DNA of 63,837 bases, counting the filler, from Olpidium bornovanus S191 (taxonomy: Eukaryota > Fungi > Olpidiomycota), in the NCBI GenBank assembly GCA_017911155.1. It is 26 parts of 26 records of this genome, joined end to end, with 100 filler letters (N's around TTAATTAATTAA, not from the genome) between each part and the next. Parts side by side here need not be neighbours in the genome. Positions count along the whole stretch, not along the records: positions 24,384 to 26,392 come from JAEFCI010005379.1; positions 26,493 to 28,685 come from JAEFCI010006995.1; positions 28,786 to 31,088 come from JAEFCI010002893.1; positions 31,189 to 32,704 come from JAEFCI010011402.1; positions 32,805 to 35,124 come from JAEFCI010009327.1; positions 35,225 to 38,718 come from JAEFCI010004738.1; 20 more parts are not named here. The stretch is one strand, 5' to 3'. Both the position numbers and the translations under genes were made by a program. Under the pieces are notes generated by a model. It saw nothing but the letters and a program-made list of their open reading frames with translations. It had not been told where the DNA came from and did no database searches. Positions 25,144-36,322 of the stretch are shown here, in pieces. The first letter of the stretch is position 1. Each line of letters opens with the position of its first letter.

Positions 25144-26679
25144 CTGTCAAGTCCCTCCCTCCTTGTTCCTACGGCGGATGCCCGCAACTTCGAGAAGCCT
25201 CCGTTACGCGCTTTTAGGCCGAGTATGCCTCGACTCTCCGCGCAGTAGGAAGGGGGAAGGTGGGGAGATGGGGACGAGCGAGGCGACTTCTTATCTCCCG
25301 TTGCCGCCGCGGACAGCCTCACAAGCGGTATGGCTCTTCCGGTGCCGGCCGCCGGCCCACACTCGCTGGCAACCGCGCCCGTTCTCGAGTGAGAAGATGC
25401 GCTCGGCGTTCGGCAAAGGTGAGAGCGAACAGGCCGCCGCTTTCTCCCCGCGCCTCCGCCCTGCCTGGCCGCGTTCGGCGGGACACGCCCGGCACGGACC
25501 TCCCGCCGATCAGTCTCCCAGTGCAAAAGCGCAGAAGCGAAATGATCCCGAGGGAATCGGAGGATCCGACGACCGTGACAGAGTGGCGCAGGTGGTTTTG
25601 TGTGTGCGTGCGTGTGTGTGTGTGTGGTGGTTTTTTTTTTTTTTTTTTTTTGAGTTTCGTTACTCGCGCGCCCGCCGCCTCCCCCTCCTTCCCCCGCGCC
25701 GTCCAGCCGTTTAAGTGGCGGCAGGACTTCCGGGTCTTCCAGCCCACGGCGCTTTGCCCTCGCTCACTCCGCCGGGTTGGGGCTGCAGAAACGGCCGGAG
25801 GAGGAGGAGGAGGACGAGGGGTATGAGGAGGCGGAAACAACGAGGCTCGTTAGCCCCGGGGGGGGAAGAGCGGAACGGGGAGGGAGGGCCCGGGGAGTGG
25901 GACGAGACGCGCGGCGGGGAAGCGCGCGCCGCGGCCGGGGCCTATCGCGTGGGGGGAAAGGCCTGCGAAGGGTCCACCGGGCAGGGCGCACAGGCTTCGC
26001 TGGCACTTCCGTTGACGCGGCACACGAAGCACGCACGCACGCACGCGGCGCTCGTGGTCGGGGACGGAGGGATGGCACCTCCTGCAATGGCAACACCACC
26101 GATATGCGGGAGCCTTGGGGGTTCAGGAAACCCGCACATTCCAGCCGTGCATTCTGCCAATGGAAGCGAGAAGCCGTGTTGTCTGGCAGGATTAATGGGC
26201 CTGGGTGACCATCTCGCATACTGGGCATCCTGTGGAATTCCAATCCGAGCCAGTACTTACGGGTGACTGCCGGGCCGCTGACTGGGGCCCTTAAACCCTG
26301 CGGTCCAATGCTTTCAAATCTTATCAGCACCTCCATTATCGGGAGCTCCGCTATCTTTGCAGAGTGAAGCCTACGCATCGAAAATTCACATGNNNNNNNN
26401 NNNNNNNNNNNNNNNNNNNNNNNNNNNNNNNNNNNNTTAATTAATTAANNNNNNNNNNNNNNNNNNNNNNNNNNNNNNNNNNNNNNNNNNNNCATGAAAG
26501 ATATGTTCAATGGGGAAGAGATGGCTGTTGTGGACTTCCAATTCCATAAAGAAGATGGGAAGGATTGTGAAGAAATATGTGGTGAAAACACCGTGAATCA
26601 TCATTCATAGGCTGGTGTTTGATATCCATAATAGGAGCAAGTTTTAAAAGCTTCGATTGATACGATTTGCGATCTGTTC

Positions 26680-26817
26680 TCATCCTTCGACCATTTCTAA
26701 TTCTTGTTTAGATCGTTTGTTGAACGATTTGGACTTGATATAAATATAACAAGCAAATAGCAATGAACACGATGCAAAGACTACCAGAATTATCGAGGTG
26801 ATATCTTGTGGATTCAT
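26680..26817 (-). CDS. Candidate 45-aa single-pass membrane protein, or the terminal TM exon of a larger gene
   Basis: MNPQDITSIILVVFASCSLLFACYIYIKSKSFNKRSKQELEMVEG*: a ~20-aa hydrophobic helix followed by a basic cluster. Below the ORF-track length cut-off. Confidence 0.35.
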   Translation of the reverse strand: MNPQDITSIILVVFASCSLLFACYIYIKSKSFNKRSKQELEMVEG

Positions 26818-27087
26818 TCCGTCAAAAGTTAGCCTCGATGTTCGTCTCCTTGCTCTTGACTTCCACGGAATGCGGCAGTGGCCGAACGGGGGCAGGGGCG
26901 GGAAGACAGGCAGGAGCTTTCTGTTTTGAGCTGTTTCGTTATCTTGTAGAACTTCTACGGGATATACAAGCCCCTTTGATACTGCACCGGTGTGGGGCTT
27001 CTGCAGGGGGAGGGAAAAAAGGGGGAACGGGTGATTTCCCTACAGGAGCCACGCGGGGTTTCTCGCCCCCTTTCTTTTCTGCACTTT

Positions 27088-27131
<44 letters not shown>

Positions 27132-27676
27132 CTCCTCTCCCTCGTCAGACACGCACACACGCGCCGCGCGCCAACGCACACGCACACGCACACGCACACG
27201 CACGCTCCCCGCCTCCTGGCCTCCAGCAGCCGAGCGTTCCGCGCCCCGCGCGAGGAGAGCCCGCTCTCACCCGCTCCTCCGTCGCACCCCCCGGCGCCCT
27301 CGCCGCCTTTTCGCCGGAAACGACACGCACACACCCCCCCGCTCGGTCCCGTCGCGCGCGGGACGCGCCGGAGTGGCCGGGGGCTTCCCACGCCCCGCCC
27401 CCCCCGCCCGGCCCGTAGTCGTTGCGTGCGTCGCGCACGCGCGGGCCCACCCCGGCCCGCGGAGCGATCGGGGGGGGGGTGACGCCCGGCGCGGGGCCGC
27501 CGCAAAAAGCAACAGAGCATCAACGCAGCGGGAAGACTGTTTTGGTCGTCGCGCGCGCTGCTTTTGTGCTGCGGCGGGAGCAGCAGCACCGGATACAGGT
27601 CGCCCGCTAAAAAAAAAGTCCTGAAGCTTCAACCCAACCGTCCCCCTTCCCCCCAACCACAAACCTAGGCAGAAGC

Positions 27677-28685
27677 ATGTTCGCCGCTCCGCCACCGCAC
27701 CAGATTTTAGAATACTTTCCTCCTTACCGCCCGCTGCTGAGCGCGGCCGTCTCCGTTGCCCCGCGTGCAGACGCCGGCCGCCGTTCACCGGAAGAGAGAA
27801 GCTATGGTCGCGGCCCGACAACCCCCTGCCACGGAGCGGCCCCTGGACGGGATTCGCAGTCCAAGCCGCCCTCCGGCCGCTCTTCCCCCCGGCCGGCGTT
27901 TTCCATCCTCGCGGATTCGCTCTTCCCGGAGAAACCCAAGAGGGTGGATGACGAGCAGGACGCCGCTTCCAAGGACCCGCTCGCCGCAGAGGTCTGGCGG
28001 CTGTACACAAAAGCAAAGGATAATCTGCCCAACGGGATGCGCCTGGAAAACCTGACGTGGCGAATGATGGCCATGACGCTCGGAAAGACGAAAAAGGGGA
28101 CGGCGGGAAGAAGGACGAACGACGATAACCGACCGCGAAAAATAACGAGCGAACGTGATGCGCGCGTCGCAGGCGAAGGTTTTATTCCACCTCCCACTTT
28201 GCACACGCCCGCTTTGCCTGCTGACGATGTGCCGTCACCACCAAAGGGTGTCAGGGCAGTTTTTGGCCTCTCTCCGATATCCGGTCACGATCCGTTGATA
28301 TCACCATCGCAGTTCTCGGAGTCGGACACGACAAGACAGGAAGATTCTGTGAGTACGCAGGAGGCCGCTTCGCCCGACTGCGACAACGAAAAATAGGAAA
28401 CCTGCTTGTGTGTCTGCCGCTCGCAGTCGGCCGTTGTCGCATACAGTGTTAAACGCACAATTGTTTTCTGACCAGGTTTTTTTTGACGTGCCGCCTGCCG
28501 ACTGGTTGCAGAATGGGCAGCCAGTATATCTGCACACGACCGGGGCGATGGAGAATTCTGGCTCTCGCGGTTGTCCGCCGTCAAACGTTGTGACGCAGAA
28601 GCAGGAACGGGGGCGATTACATCTGCAATTTCTCCAACAGCAGACGCTTCAGCAGCAGGCTCTGCATCCGGTGCACGCCCTCATG
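27677..28685 (+). CDS. areA: AreA/Gat1-like nitrogen-regulatory GATA factor, N-terminal part (zinc finger beyond contig end)
   Basis: KDPLAAEVWRLYTKAKDNLPNGMRLENLTWRMMAMTL matches the DUF1752/GATA-N motif. A GTGAGT donor near 28350 and a further exon run to the contig end. The orthologue name is tentative without the zinc finger. Confidence 0.75.
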
Positions 28686-28886
28686 NNNNNNNNNNNNNNN
28701 NNNNNNNNNNNNNNNNNNNNNNNNNNNNNTTAATTAATTAANNNNNNNNNNNNNNNNNNNNNNNNNNNNNNNNNNNNNNNNNNNNAGGCTCGCAAGGAGG
28801 CAATGGACACTGCCGAGCAGGGTGAGCGCAAGGACGTGACAATGACCAGAATCCACTAAGCTTTCCTCCGAAAAGCTCCCGAAACA

Positions 28887-29483
28887 ATGAGGACGAAGGA
28901 TGCATGCAAGGGCAAGAGCACATCCTTGCTTGCCACGTACAGGTTCATCCTGGACTGGAAAGCAGGTCGCCCGTTAGGGTCAACTGGGCAGGAGGACCGG
29001 TACAGCCTCCGCAAGAGGGAGCAGAAAAGAATTCTGCGAGAAACAAGCCATGTCGGATTGTCGCAGACTGCAATCAACTTCTCTCCGAGGGAGGAGGAGC
29101 AGGCAACGACCATGCTGACAATACGCAGCCCGTGCGCCTCCGCTACTCCTCGGATCCTGCGACCGGCTGCTGCAACCTCGCAGTTTGTTTCCGGACAGGC
29201 TGTCCCGAGAAAAAGAGGCCGGGAGGGTAGATCTCGTCGAAAATACCGTGCTGACTGCAGCGAAGAAATGCACGAGGAGGTGATAGTGCTCCTTCGGCAA
29301 AGCCGCAAACTTCAGGGCCGCTTGGTGGAGACAGTTCGAGAGGGATCAAACCAATGCGCACGCCAGATGGATGCCCTGATTAGCCTTCTCGGAGAGCTCG
29401 TACGAGAGACGAGACGTCCGAGCTCTTGTCGGCGGTCTCGTTCCCCCTTATACTCCCCATCCCCTCCGCCCTCGCGTTCCTAG
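28887..29483 (+). CDS. Myb/SANT-like (trihelix-type) protein with a C-terminal helical segment, possibly degenerate
   Basis: RTKDACKGKSTSLLATYRFILDW..EDRYSLRKREQKR follows the pattern RxxxQCxxKWxxLxxxYKxIxDW..WxLxxxERK, but with two Trp positions replaced. An amphipathic helix, EEVIVLLRQS..LISLLGELVRE, lies near the end. Confidence 0.4.
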   Translation: MRTKDACKGKSTSLLATYRFILDWKAGRPLGSTGQEDRYSLRKREQKRILRETSHVGLSQTAINFSPREEEQATTMLTIRSPCASATPRILRPAAATSQFVSGQAVPRKRGREGRSRRKYRADCSEEMHEEVIVLLRQSRKLQGRLVETVREGSNQCARQMDALISLLGELVRETRRPSSCRRSRSPLYSPSPPPSRS

Positions 29484-29801
29484 AGCACCAATGATGCCTA
29501 AAAAATGTATCTGTTAAAATTACATTGAAATCCCCATTGACTTTCCCATTGTTAAAACCAGTTCTTTATTTCATTCGTTACTTGGCCTTTCTGGCCGTGC
29601 CCTGTCTAGTTTGTTTTGTCATGAGGTAGTCGGGCTCGGCGGTGTTCGGTCCACAGGGGAAAGACTCTGTGAGAGCTGCTGACGTCCTGTGCTGTGGCAC
29701 AGTCCACAGCCCTGACCGCCGCCCCAGGGCTGCCACGGAGGACGCCAAGGAGGGTGCGGCGGCGGGCGGCGGAGGACTCGGAGGCGGAGGCGGGACGGTC
29801 A

Positions 29802-30237
29802 TGTGACCCGTGGCCCGACCAATAAAATAGCCCTCTTTCCCGTAGCAACGCCACACGCAGTACCCCACCGCCAACCACCTTCCCCCCCCGCCCCCTTAAC
29901 AAAAGAGACTGCCCCCGCGCGCAACCGTGCGAACACGGAACCCCGCGTGGGGACCGCGAACACGGAACCCCGCGTGGGGACCCCGACCGCGCGGGAAAGG
30001 AACCACCGCGCCCGCGACCGGGCGGACGAGGAACGGGCCCCGCCGTCAAATTGCCTCGCCGCCCGGTGCACGGGCATAAATAGTGCCCTTCCCGTTCCGT
30101 AGCTCCGTCTCTCCACCCGACTGTACAGATTTGGCAGATCCTTACCGTACTCGTTAGCCCTCGTCCCCTTACCTGTAGCGTCCCGCGCAGACCTGACGCG
30201 GAGAATATAAAAACATTCAAACCCTAGCCGCAGTACA
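29802..30237 (+). mobile_element. Candidate LTR-like segment
   Basis: TGT..ACA termini, a purine-rich 5' flank, an internal 27-bp direct repeat (GCGAACACGGAACCCCGCGTGGGGACC x2), CATAAATA and AATATAAAAA. No target-site duplication found. Confidence 0.25.
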
Positions 30238-30750
30238 CGTCCCCAGCAAGGTCCCAGGTGCGGGGGAGGTTGTTAGGGCGGTGCCTGCATTGGCCGGAAC
30301 GAGCACGGAGGTGGCAGACGTCGCAGGTGTGGCAGACGTCGCAGGTGCCGCAGATGCCGCAGGTGCGGCAGACGTCGCAGGTGCGGCAGACGGCGCAGGT
30401 GCCGCACACAAAGCAGGTGCCACAGACGTCGCATGTACCGCACACGTAGCAGGTGCCGCACACGTCACATGTACCGCAACAGTAGCAGGTGCCGCACACG
30501 TTGCAGGTGCCTGCCCAGGCACAGAAGTGGCAGCAGAAGCTGCAGACATCGGAGGTGCTGCGGACATCTAAGCTGCAGACCTCGAAGCTGCAGACCTCGC
30601 AGCCGGCTTCTTGTACTTGAGGTACCGCAAATGCTCGTTGATCATAACGACAAGCGTGTCGGATGCGTCCTGCAGTAAGATCTTTAGCTTCCCTCTATCC
30701 CTGTTTTTGGCCAGCCAACGCTGAAAGCCCTCCTTCAGCTGTTCCTCGCA
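30217..30750 (-). pseudogene. Degenerate ORF, probably TE-derived, with an Ala/Pro/Thr repeat tail
   Basis: CEEQLKEGFQRWLAKNRDRGKLKILLQDASDTLVVMINEHLRYLKYKKP..SAA, then an in-frame TAG, then MSAAPP..(APAT)n. Confidence 0.3.
30314..30510. repeat. 18-bp minisatellite, about 11 diverged units
   Basis: Consensus GCAGACGTCGCAGGTGCC, seen directly. Confidence 0.9.
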
Positions 30751-31197
30751 GAGGCGCGTGCGATGTCAGGCCTCGCAAACGACGTGGGCAGGAAGTGTTG
30801 GGTTTTGTATTATGCGCGCCGTTGCAGCGTTATATTTCATAGGATATTTACGCGTTATACGGAGAGAAACATTCCGGGGTTCTGACTAACCGCCGTTAAT
30901 CAAACAAGAGCAACGAAAAGAAAGAAAAGGAAGGGGAAAACTATGCGTAAATTAACAGGAAGGACCTCCGACACATCCAACTCTTTTTTCGCCTTTAGTA
31001 CACGACTTTCATAACGGCGCAGGCTGCCAGGCGCTACTTGGCACTCAGGTCTGTTAGCCTCCCTTCCTCCAAGTTTGAAACCCTCATGNNNNNNNNNNNN
31101 NNNNNNNNNNNNNNNNNNNNNNNNNNNNNNNNTTAATTAATTAANNNNNNNNNNNNNNNNNNNNNNNNNNNNNNNNNNNNNNNNNNNNCCCGCCCCC

Positions 31198-31273
<76 letters not shown>

Positions 31274-32599
31274 TTCTCCTCCCCCCCCCCCCCCCCCCCC
31301 CCCCCGGCGATCCCGGCGTTTCGGCTGCCGCCGGCGATTTTCGTAAAGTGGCACGGGGGAAGGGTGCGCGACGCGCCGGTAGGCTCACGCGACCGGGCGG
31401 GTTACGTACCCCCCCCGAGTGACCCCGGCGCGTCGGACATCGAGCGGCGATCAGACGGATAAATTCGCGTGAGGCGTAGCGGGGTGTTCGGCGCGCGCCG
31501 GGTTTCTGAGGGGAAATGGGGGGGGGGGGGGGGGGGGTTTTTCCCTTCGCGGGGGGGCCCGGGGGGGTTCAGGGCCTGCAGACCGCGCCGCTTCACTCGG
31601 GAAAAAGGCTATGGATGGGAGGGGGGGGGGGGGGGGGGGGGGGGGTCGCGACGGGCGCCGTGCCGATCAGCAGAATGGACGATTTTCCTTTTCCTTTTTT
31701 TCTTGGAGTCGGCCACGTCGGGCGGGTAAATATTAGAGACGCCGAAATAGGGGTGGCGGGACCATGGGCTGGGAATGCTTTCTTCTTTCCTTTATTCCCT
31801 TCCCCGAAAAAAAAAAAAGTTTGTGCAGCGAACTGGCGCGTGGGGCGTGTGCGGGTGGGCTACGGTTTCGGGGCCGCACGTCAGGTCCCGCGTCGGCCGG
31901 AACCAGCTTCCCGCGGCGGTTGGAGTCGCGGGAGAAACGGCGGTCGCGCGGCCGGCGAGCGTCGGAGTTTGGGGTACGGACGGCAGCGCTCCCGCCGTGG
32001 CGGTTTCTGGAATACGTTGGAATACGTCCGTCGCTGCCGGGCCTTTTCGTTTGTGGCGGATCTGGAAATATCGCCAGAACGCCTGCAGGCACGCGACGAC
32101 CGCCAGGACCGCCGTGCCGATTGAAACGATAAAACGCGAGGTCCGGCGCGGCACCTTCCGGCTTCGCACGCGTTCGAAAAGCGGTCCACGTCGGAGGAGC
32201 ATAAAAATCCGTTATCCAGCTTTGGTAAGCAAATCTCGGACACGGCACAGTGGTGGTCGGCCGGGCGCTGGTCGCTGCTGCCGGAAAGGCACGCCGGGCG
32301 CAACTGCCCCGACTGAGGAGGCGTTATGTTACCCATAGGAGAGTTCACCGATACTGGATTTCGGTGCTGCGGAAGCCACTGGCGAGACGCTCTCTTTGTT
32401 ACGCACCAAAATATAAGACCGTCCAGTTATGGATGGGACATCCGTAGACAGCCCAGGTTGCGGCACCGCATAATTCACTCCCAAAAAGAGTGGGGGCTTT
32501 GTTTAGCGGTGGAGCTTCTTAGGCGGTGGAGCTTCCTTAGGCCGCGACGATTGCGGAGGCGCGTCATATGCAGGTTTTGGCGGCATGGCATCAGGCGGA

Positions 32600-32704
32600 G
32601 CAGGTTTCGGCGGCAAACCCTTTAACGACGCAAGTTTCGGCGGCAAACCCTTTAACGATGCAGGTTTCGGCGGCAAACCCTTTAACGATGCAGGTTTCGG
32701 CAAC
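32600..32704. repeat. 30-bp tandem repeat, 3.5 units, running into the contig end
   Basis: GCAGGTTTCGGCGGCAAACCCTTTAACGAY at 32600, 32630, 32660 and 32690 (partial). Confidence 0.92.
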
Positions 32705-32804
32705 NNNNNNNNNNNNNNNNNNNNNNNNNNNNNNNNNNNNNNNNNNNNTTAATTAATTAANNNNNNNNNNNNNNNNNNNNNNNNNNNNNNNNNNNNNNNN
32801 NNNN

Positions 32805-33530
32805 CATGCTGGTTTGCGGGAAGTAGGGGGATAATGCGTTCGGGCTCGTGAGCGGGAACGGGAAAGGTCCTATGGACGCGGGGCGCTGCCGCGCCAAGCG
32901 TTGCGGAAAGGTTTGCCACGGCATAAACGCACAGAGGAATCGAAAGGACGTCGAAGCAGCCCACGGCGACTACAACGGTCTCTTCCGCTTTTTTTGGCCC
33001 CGTCTTGTCGCCGGAAGCGAGCGCCGCGCAAGATCAGCTTTTTTACGATCAAGCGGCCGACGCCTGCTTTTTTAACCACGTCTGTTGGCCAAATGTTTCC
33101 CACCTGTGGTTTCAAGCCGACGACGTAGCAACCGACAACCGGGTGCGGTTGTGTCTGTGACGAAGCAGAGGTCTCCACGACGCGGAGGTTTGACCATCCC
33201 TGGGCTTTTTACGCAAACGAGAAGACGAGGGAGAAAGTGTCAATGAAAGGGAGGCGTAAGCAGGCGGTCGACACGCCACACGCAAAAGCGTGAAAGTTCG
33301 AGGCAAGGCACGACGGGCGTGAGGTGTTCGGTAACTCGACCGAACGCGCTAAATCACGACGCGCAGGCAGAACCTCACCGCCGGCAGCGTTGGAGAGGCA
33401 GGGTTCTCACGGCCTCACCTAACGACAGGTCCGCCGCGACCTGCAAGATTTCGGGGGCGTTCCCATGACTTGCAAGGAACGCAAGGCGCCTCTCGGTGCC
33501 GTCCCGCCCAACAATTTCAGCGTTCGCCAT
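32805..33530 (-). CDS. SEN15: Probable tRNA-splicing endonuclease subunit Sen15 (3' truncated)
   Basis: Exons 33530-33419, 33204-33104 and 33003 onward splice in phase to give EILQVAADLSLAQGWSNLRVVE..CYVVGLKPQ|TGPKKAEETVVVAV..LSIP. This resembles the Sen15 pattern QVxxDLxxxxxWxxL..G..V(L/V)P..LS. Assignment is from recall only. Confidence 0.5.
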
Positions 33531-34241
33531 AGTGGCGGGCGGCTTTCGCTTCGTTTCTGCTCGCGACAGAAACACCACGGGGTCTTTAAAGTGCCGCGCA
33601 GTCGCCTGCGGACGGGACCACCAGAGGCCGCGGACGCTGGCAAGGCCCCGGCGGCGCTTGCCTCCGACTCTGACACACGGCTGTAGGCGAAAGGCCGCGA
33701 AAAGAAAGAAAGGCCAAGAAGTCACTGCTCCCGCCCAAAAACTGAGCCACTGTCGTCGGCTCATTGTCCCCACTTCGCCCACCTTCCCCCACCCAGTCGC
33801 CGGACCGCAAGAGGCGAGCAGGCCCTGCTCACGCGCGGATGTTTTCCGCGCCGGCCGCCGCTTCTCTGCGCCTCCTGCAGCTCTTCAACGGGACGCGAAT
33901 CCTCCGCGCCGTGCAATCTAAAAGCCGCCTCTTCTGCGTTTTCCGCACCTGTCGCGGAAAAAGAAAGGGTGACGTTGAGATCTGAGAAATGTATCCCTGC
34001 CAGAAAGCGCACGGCGGGATTCGAGGAGCCAACCAGATCGCGCGGTCGCGGCTACGCGGAAGCTCGGCGTTTCCCGGAATTGTTGTGTCCGCCGCGCTGG
34101 CGCTTTTCGCTCCTGCGCCCGAAGCAAACCGTGTTCAGATCAATTTACCTTGCCTGGGATTCCCGGCTGGCGTCATCGCGGGAACAATCCCTTCAACAAC
34201 AGCATTGGCTTATTACGGCCTATAATCGTCTTTTCTTGCTA

Positions 34242-34315
34242 GCTTCCGTGGCGCAATTGGTTAGCGCGTCCGACTGTTAATCGGGAGGTTGGCAGTTCAA
34301 TCCTGCCCGGGAGCG
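34242..34315 (+). tRNA. tRNA-Asn (GTT), intronless
   Basis: Acceptor stem GCTTCCG/CGGGAGC, D arm GCGC-AATTGGTTA-GCGC, anticodon arm TCCGA-CTGTTAA-TCGGG, T arm GGCAG-TTCAATC-CTGCC, discriminator G; 74 nt. Confidence 0.97.
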
Positions 34316-34318
34316 CAA

Positions 34319-34323
34319 TTTTT
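34319..34323 (+). terminator. Pol III T5 terminator of tRNA-Asn
   Basis: TTTTT begins 4 nt after the discriminator base. Confidence 0.75.
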
Positions 34324-35018
34324 GCTCAGAGCCCTTTGCGGCCAATTAACGGCCCGCCCGTCTGCTAAGAGGACTATTTCTCCAAGTTTTGCTCGCGGCA
34401 CACTTCACCCGCGAGAACCGGCAACCGCCCATCGTTGTGACTGTGCGACGCACTCTCTAGGTCCCGTAGATCCGCGATGCGCTTTCTGGGTCACGCGGAT
34501 CAACAGAGGTTCACCGTTTCGGAAAGCCTGAGGCCCGCAGCTTTTGCACGCTGGCAGATCCGCAAGAAAACACACGGTAAAAGAAGCTAAAAGTGTTGTG
34601 TCGTATGATGCGCTCTACGGGTCACGCGACCATCAACGTGCTTTTGCCAGGAGGCGGAGCTGGCGTATTCGGTTTCCTCCCTTCCGGCGCGAACAGCAAA
34701 CAAAGGAGAGAGGAAGGAAGACGGGAAGAAGAGCAGAGCAAATTGCAACAAAAAGCAACACGTTTCAGCAATATTGCTGCTGGTTCTGCTGCTTTCCTGT
34801 TGGTGCCCTCATTTCACCGTCGCTTGTTTTGTAGAATGAGGAAGTGGAGAGAGCGGGGAGAAGAACGGGAAGTGGCAACGCCACGTGCCGAAGTGGTGAG
34901 AAGGACGGGAAGGGCAACGCCGCGCGCCGCGGCTCTCCTTTGACACCCAACGCACGCCGCTCATCAACTCGCCGTGCGCGCCGCATCGCGCGGCCCTTCT
35001 GTCATTTTTCCACTTCCT

Positions 35019-35060
<42 letters not shown>

Positions 35061-35090
35061 CCCCCCCGCCCCGGTTTTGGCGGGGGGGAA

Positions 35091-35124
<34 letters not shown>

Positions 35125-35224
35125 NNNNNNNNNNNNNNNNNNNNNNNNNNNNNNNNNNNNNNNNNNNNTTAATTAATTAANNNNNNNNNNNNNNNNNNNN
35201 NNNNNNNNNNNNNNNNNNNNNNNN

Positions 35225-36158
35225 CATGAGGGGTTGGTCCTTGTCGTCCTCTTCCGGGGGTGAACAGATTCTTGCTTCGTCAATGGTGACATCAAATCTC
35301 TCAACGATAGTGCCGTTTGGTCGGGTCCTACCGCCGATAACCCTAGCTGGCCATTGGATAACTGGCCAGGACTCAACTCACCGCCGTGGGAGCCAGATTT
35401 CTTGTGTCATCATCCCTTTGGTCCTTTAGAATGTGGGTGTAGCAATGCTTCCAATTGCGTAGTAGTCCAAACCATACTTGTTCTTTCCCGTTAATATCAG
35501 GTGCAGAACTTGGCCGTCGACACCTCGATGTGAAAAGCGGTAAAAAAAAAGGCATACCACTGCCCTCCACATCTGATTCCAAAGCTTAACGGGTAGTCTT
35601 CCTGTCAGGAAGAGTGCCCATGCTTTTGCGACCAGGGGGTGGTTGATCCTCTCTACGATGCCGTGTCGCTGAGGATATTCTCGGATTGTTGTTTCTTGGC
35701 GTATGCCGCTGCTGCCGAGCTCTTTTGTTTATAGGTTTCCATCCACGGTCCCGTTTTAATCTGAATCGTGAGACCTGGGTAGGACATTCAGTGGCCGCTT
35801 GACATTGAGGAGGCAATGGATCAACGCGGCGTGAATGGTGACTTCCTGTTTGTTGGGGATGCTGTACCCCCATGTTCATGCGTGCCGCAATTTTTCTTCG
35901 ACAAAGTTCAGCGCGTATCGGTTCCCTGTTGTTCGCCGGTGTTGTTGGCGCGGCGCTGGGTCCTATTCCGCGTTTACGATCGGGGGTAAAAAAGTACGCC
36001 TGACTTTTCTCCTCTTCTTCTGCCGCACGCGCCCCTCCGGCGCTGATTGGCGTAATTCCCGAGCTCGCCCAGCAACACGGTTGCTGCGGGCGCAGTTCTT
36101 CCCTCATGGCTCTACGGGGAGGGAGGAGGGTACGATCCCCGTTTGGGAACTCATAACC
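35225..36158 (-). mobile_element. Heavily decayed, internally deleted Ty1/copia element (PBS + integrase remnants)
   Basis: PBS GGTTATGAGTTCCC (36158-36145). HGIVERINHPLVAKAWALFLTGRLPVKLW resembles the integrase core NGxAERxNRTL. HILKDQR..NLAPTAV and RFDVTIDE resemble the post-integrase motifs. Many stops. Confidence 0.7.
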
Positions 36159-36322
36159 TGTTGATTCTTGGAACCGGACGGAGAGCCCGGCGGACCTGAA
36201 AAGGTTTTATTCTGGGCATGGAACGGCGATTTACTCTAGGCTTGGGCGGAAAACTAGGGATTCCATAGAAGGGCCGACAGGGCCGGGTGCGCGCAGTGCG
36301 TCCGCGTCTTGGCCACCCAACA
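36159..36322 (-). mobile_element. Ty1/copia 5' LTR, 164 bp
   Basis: TGTTG..CAACA termini, AATAAAA in element orientation (36211-36205), and the PBS follows immediately. Confidence 0.75.

Noticed and set aside
21539-28685. MCM2-PAH1-areA (or CotH-RTS1, or RNA14-permease-integrase) as a gene cluster
   Set aside because: Each gene is on a different contig joined by spacers, so adjacency carries no information.
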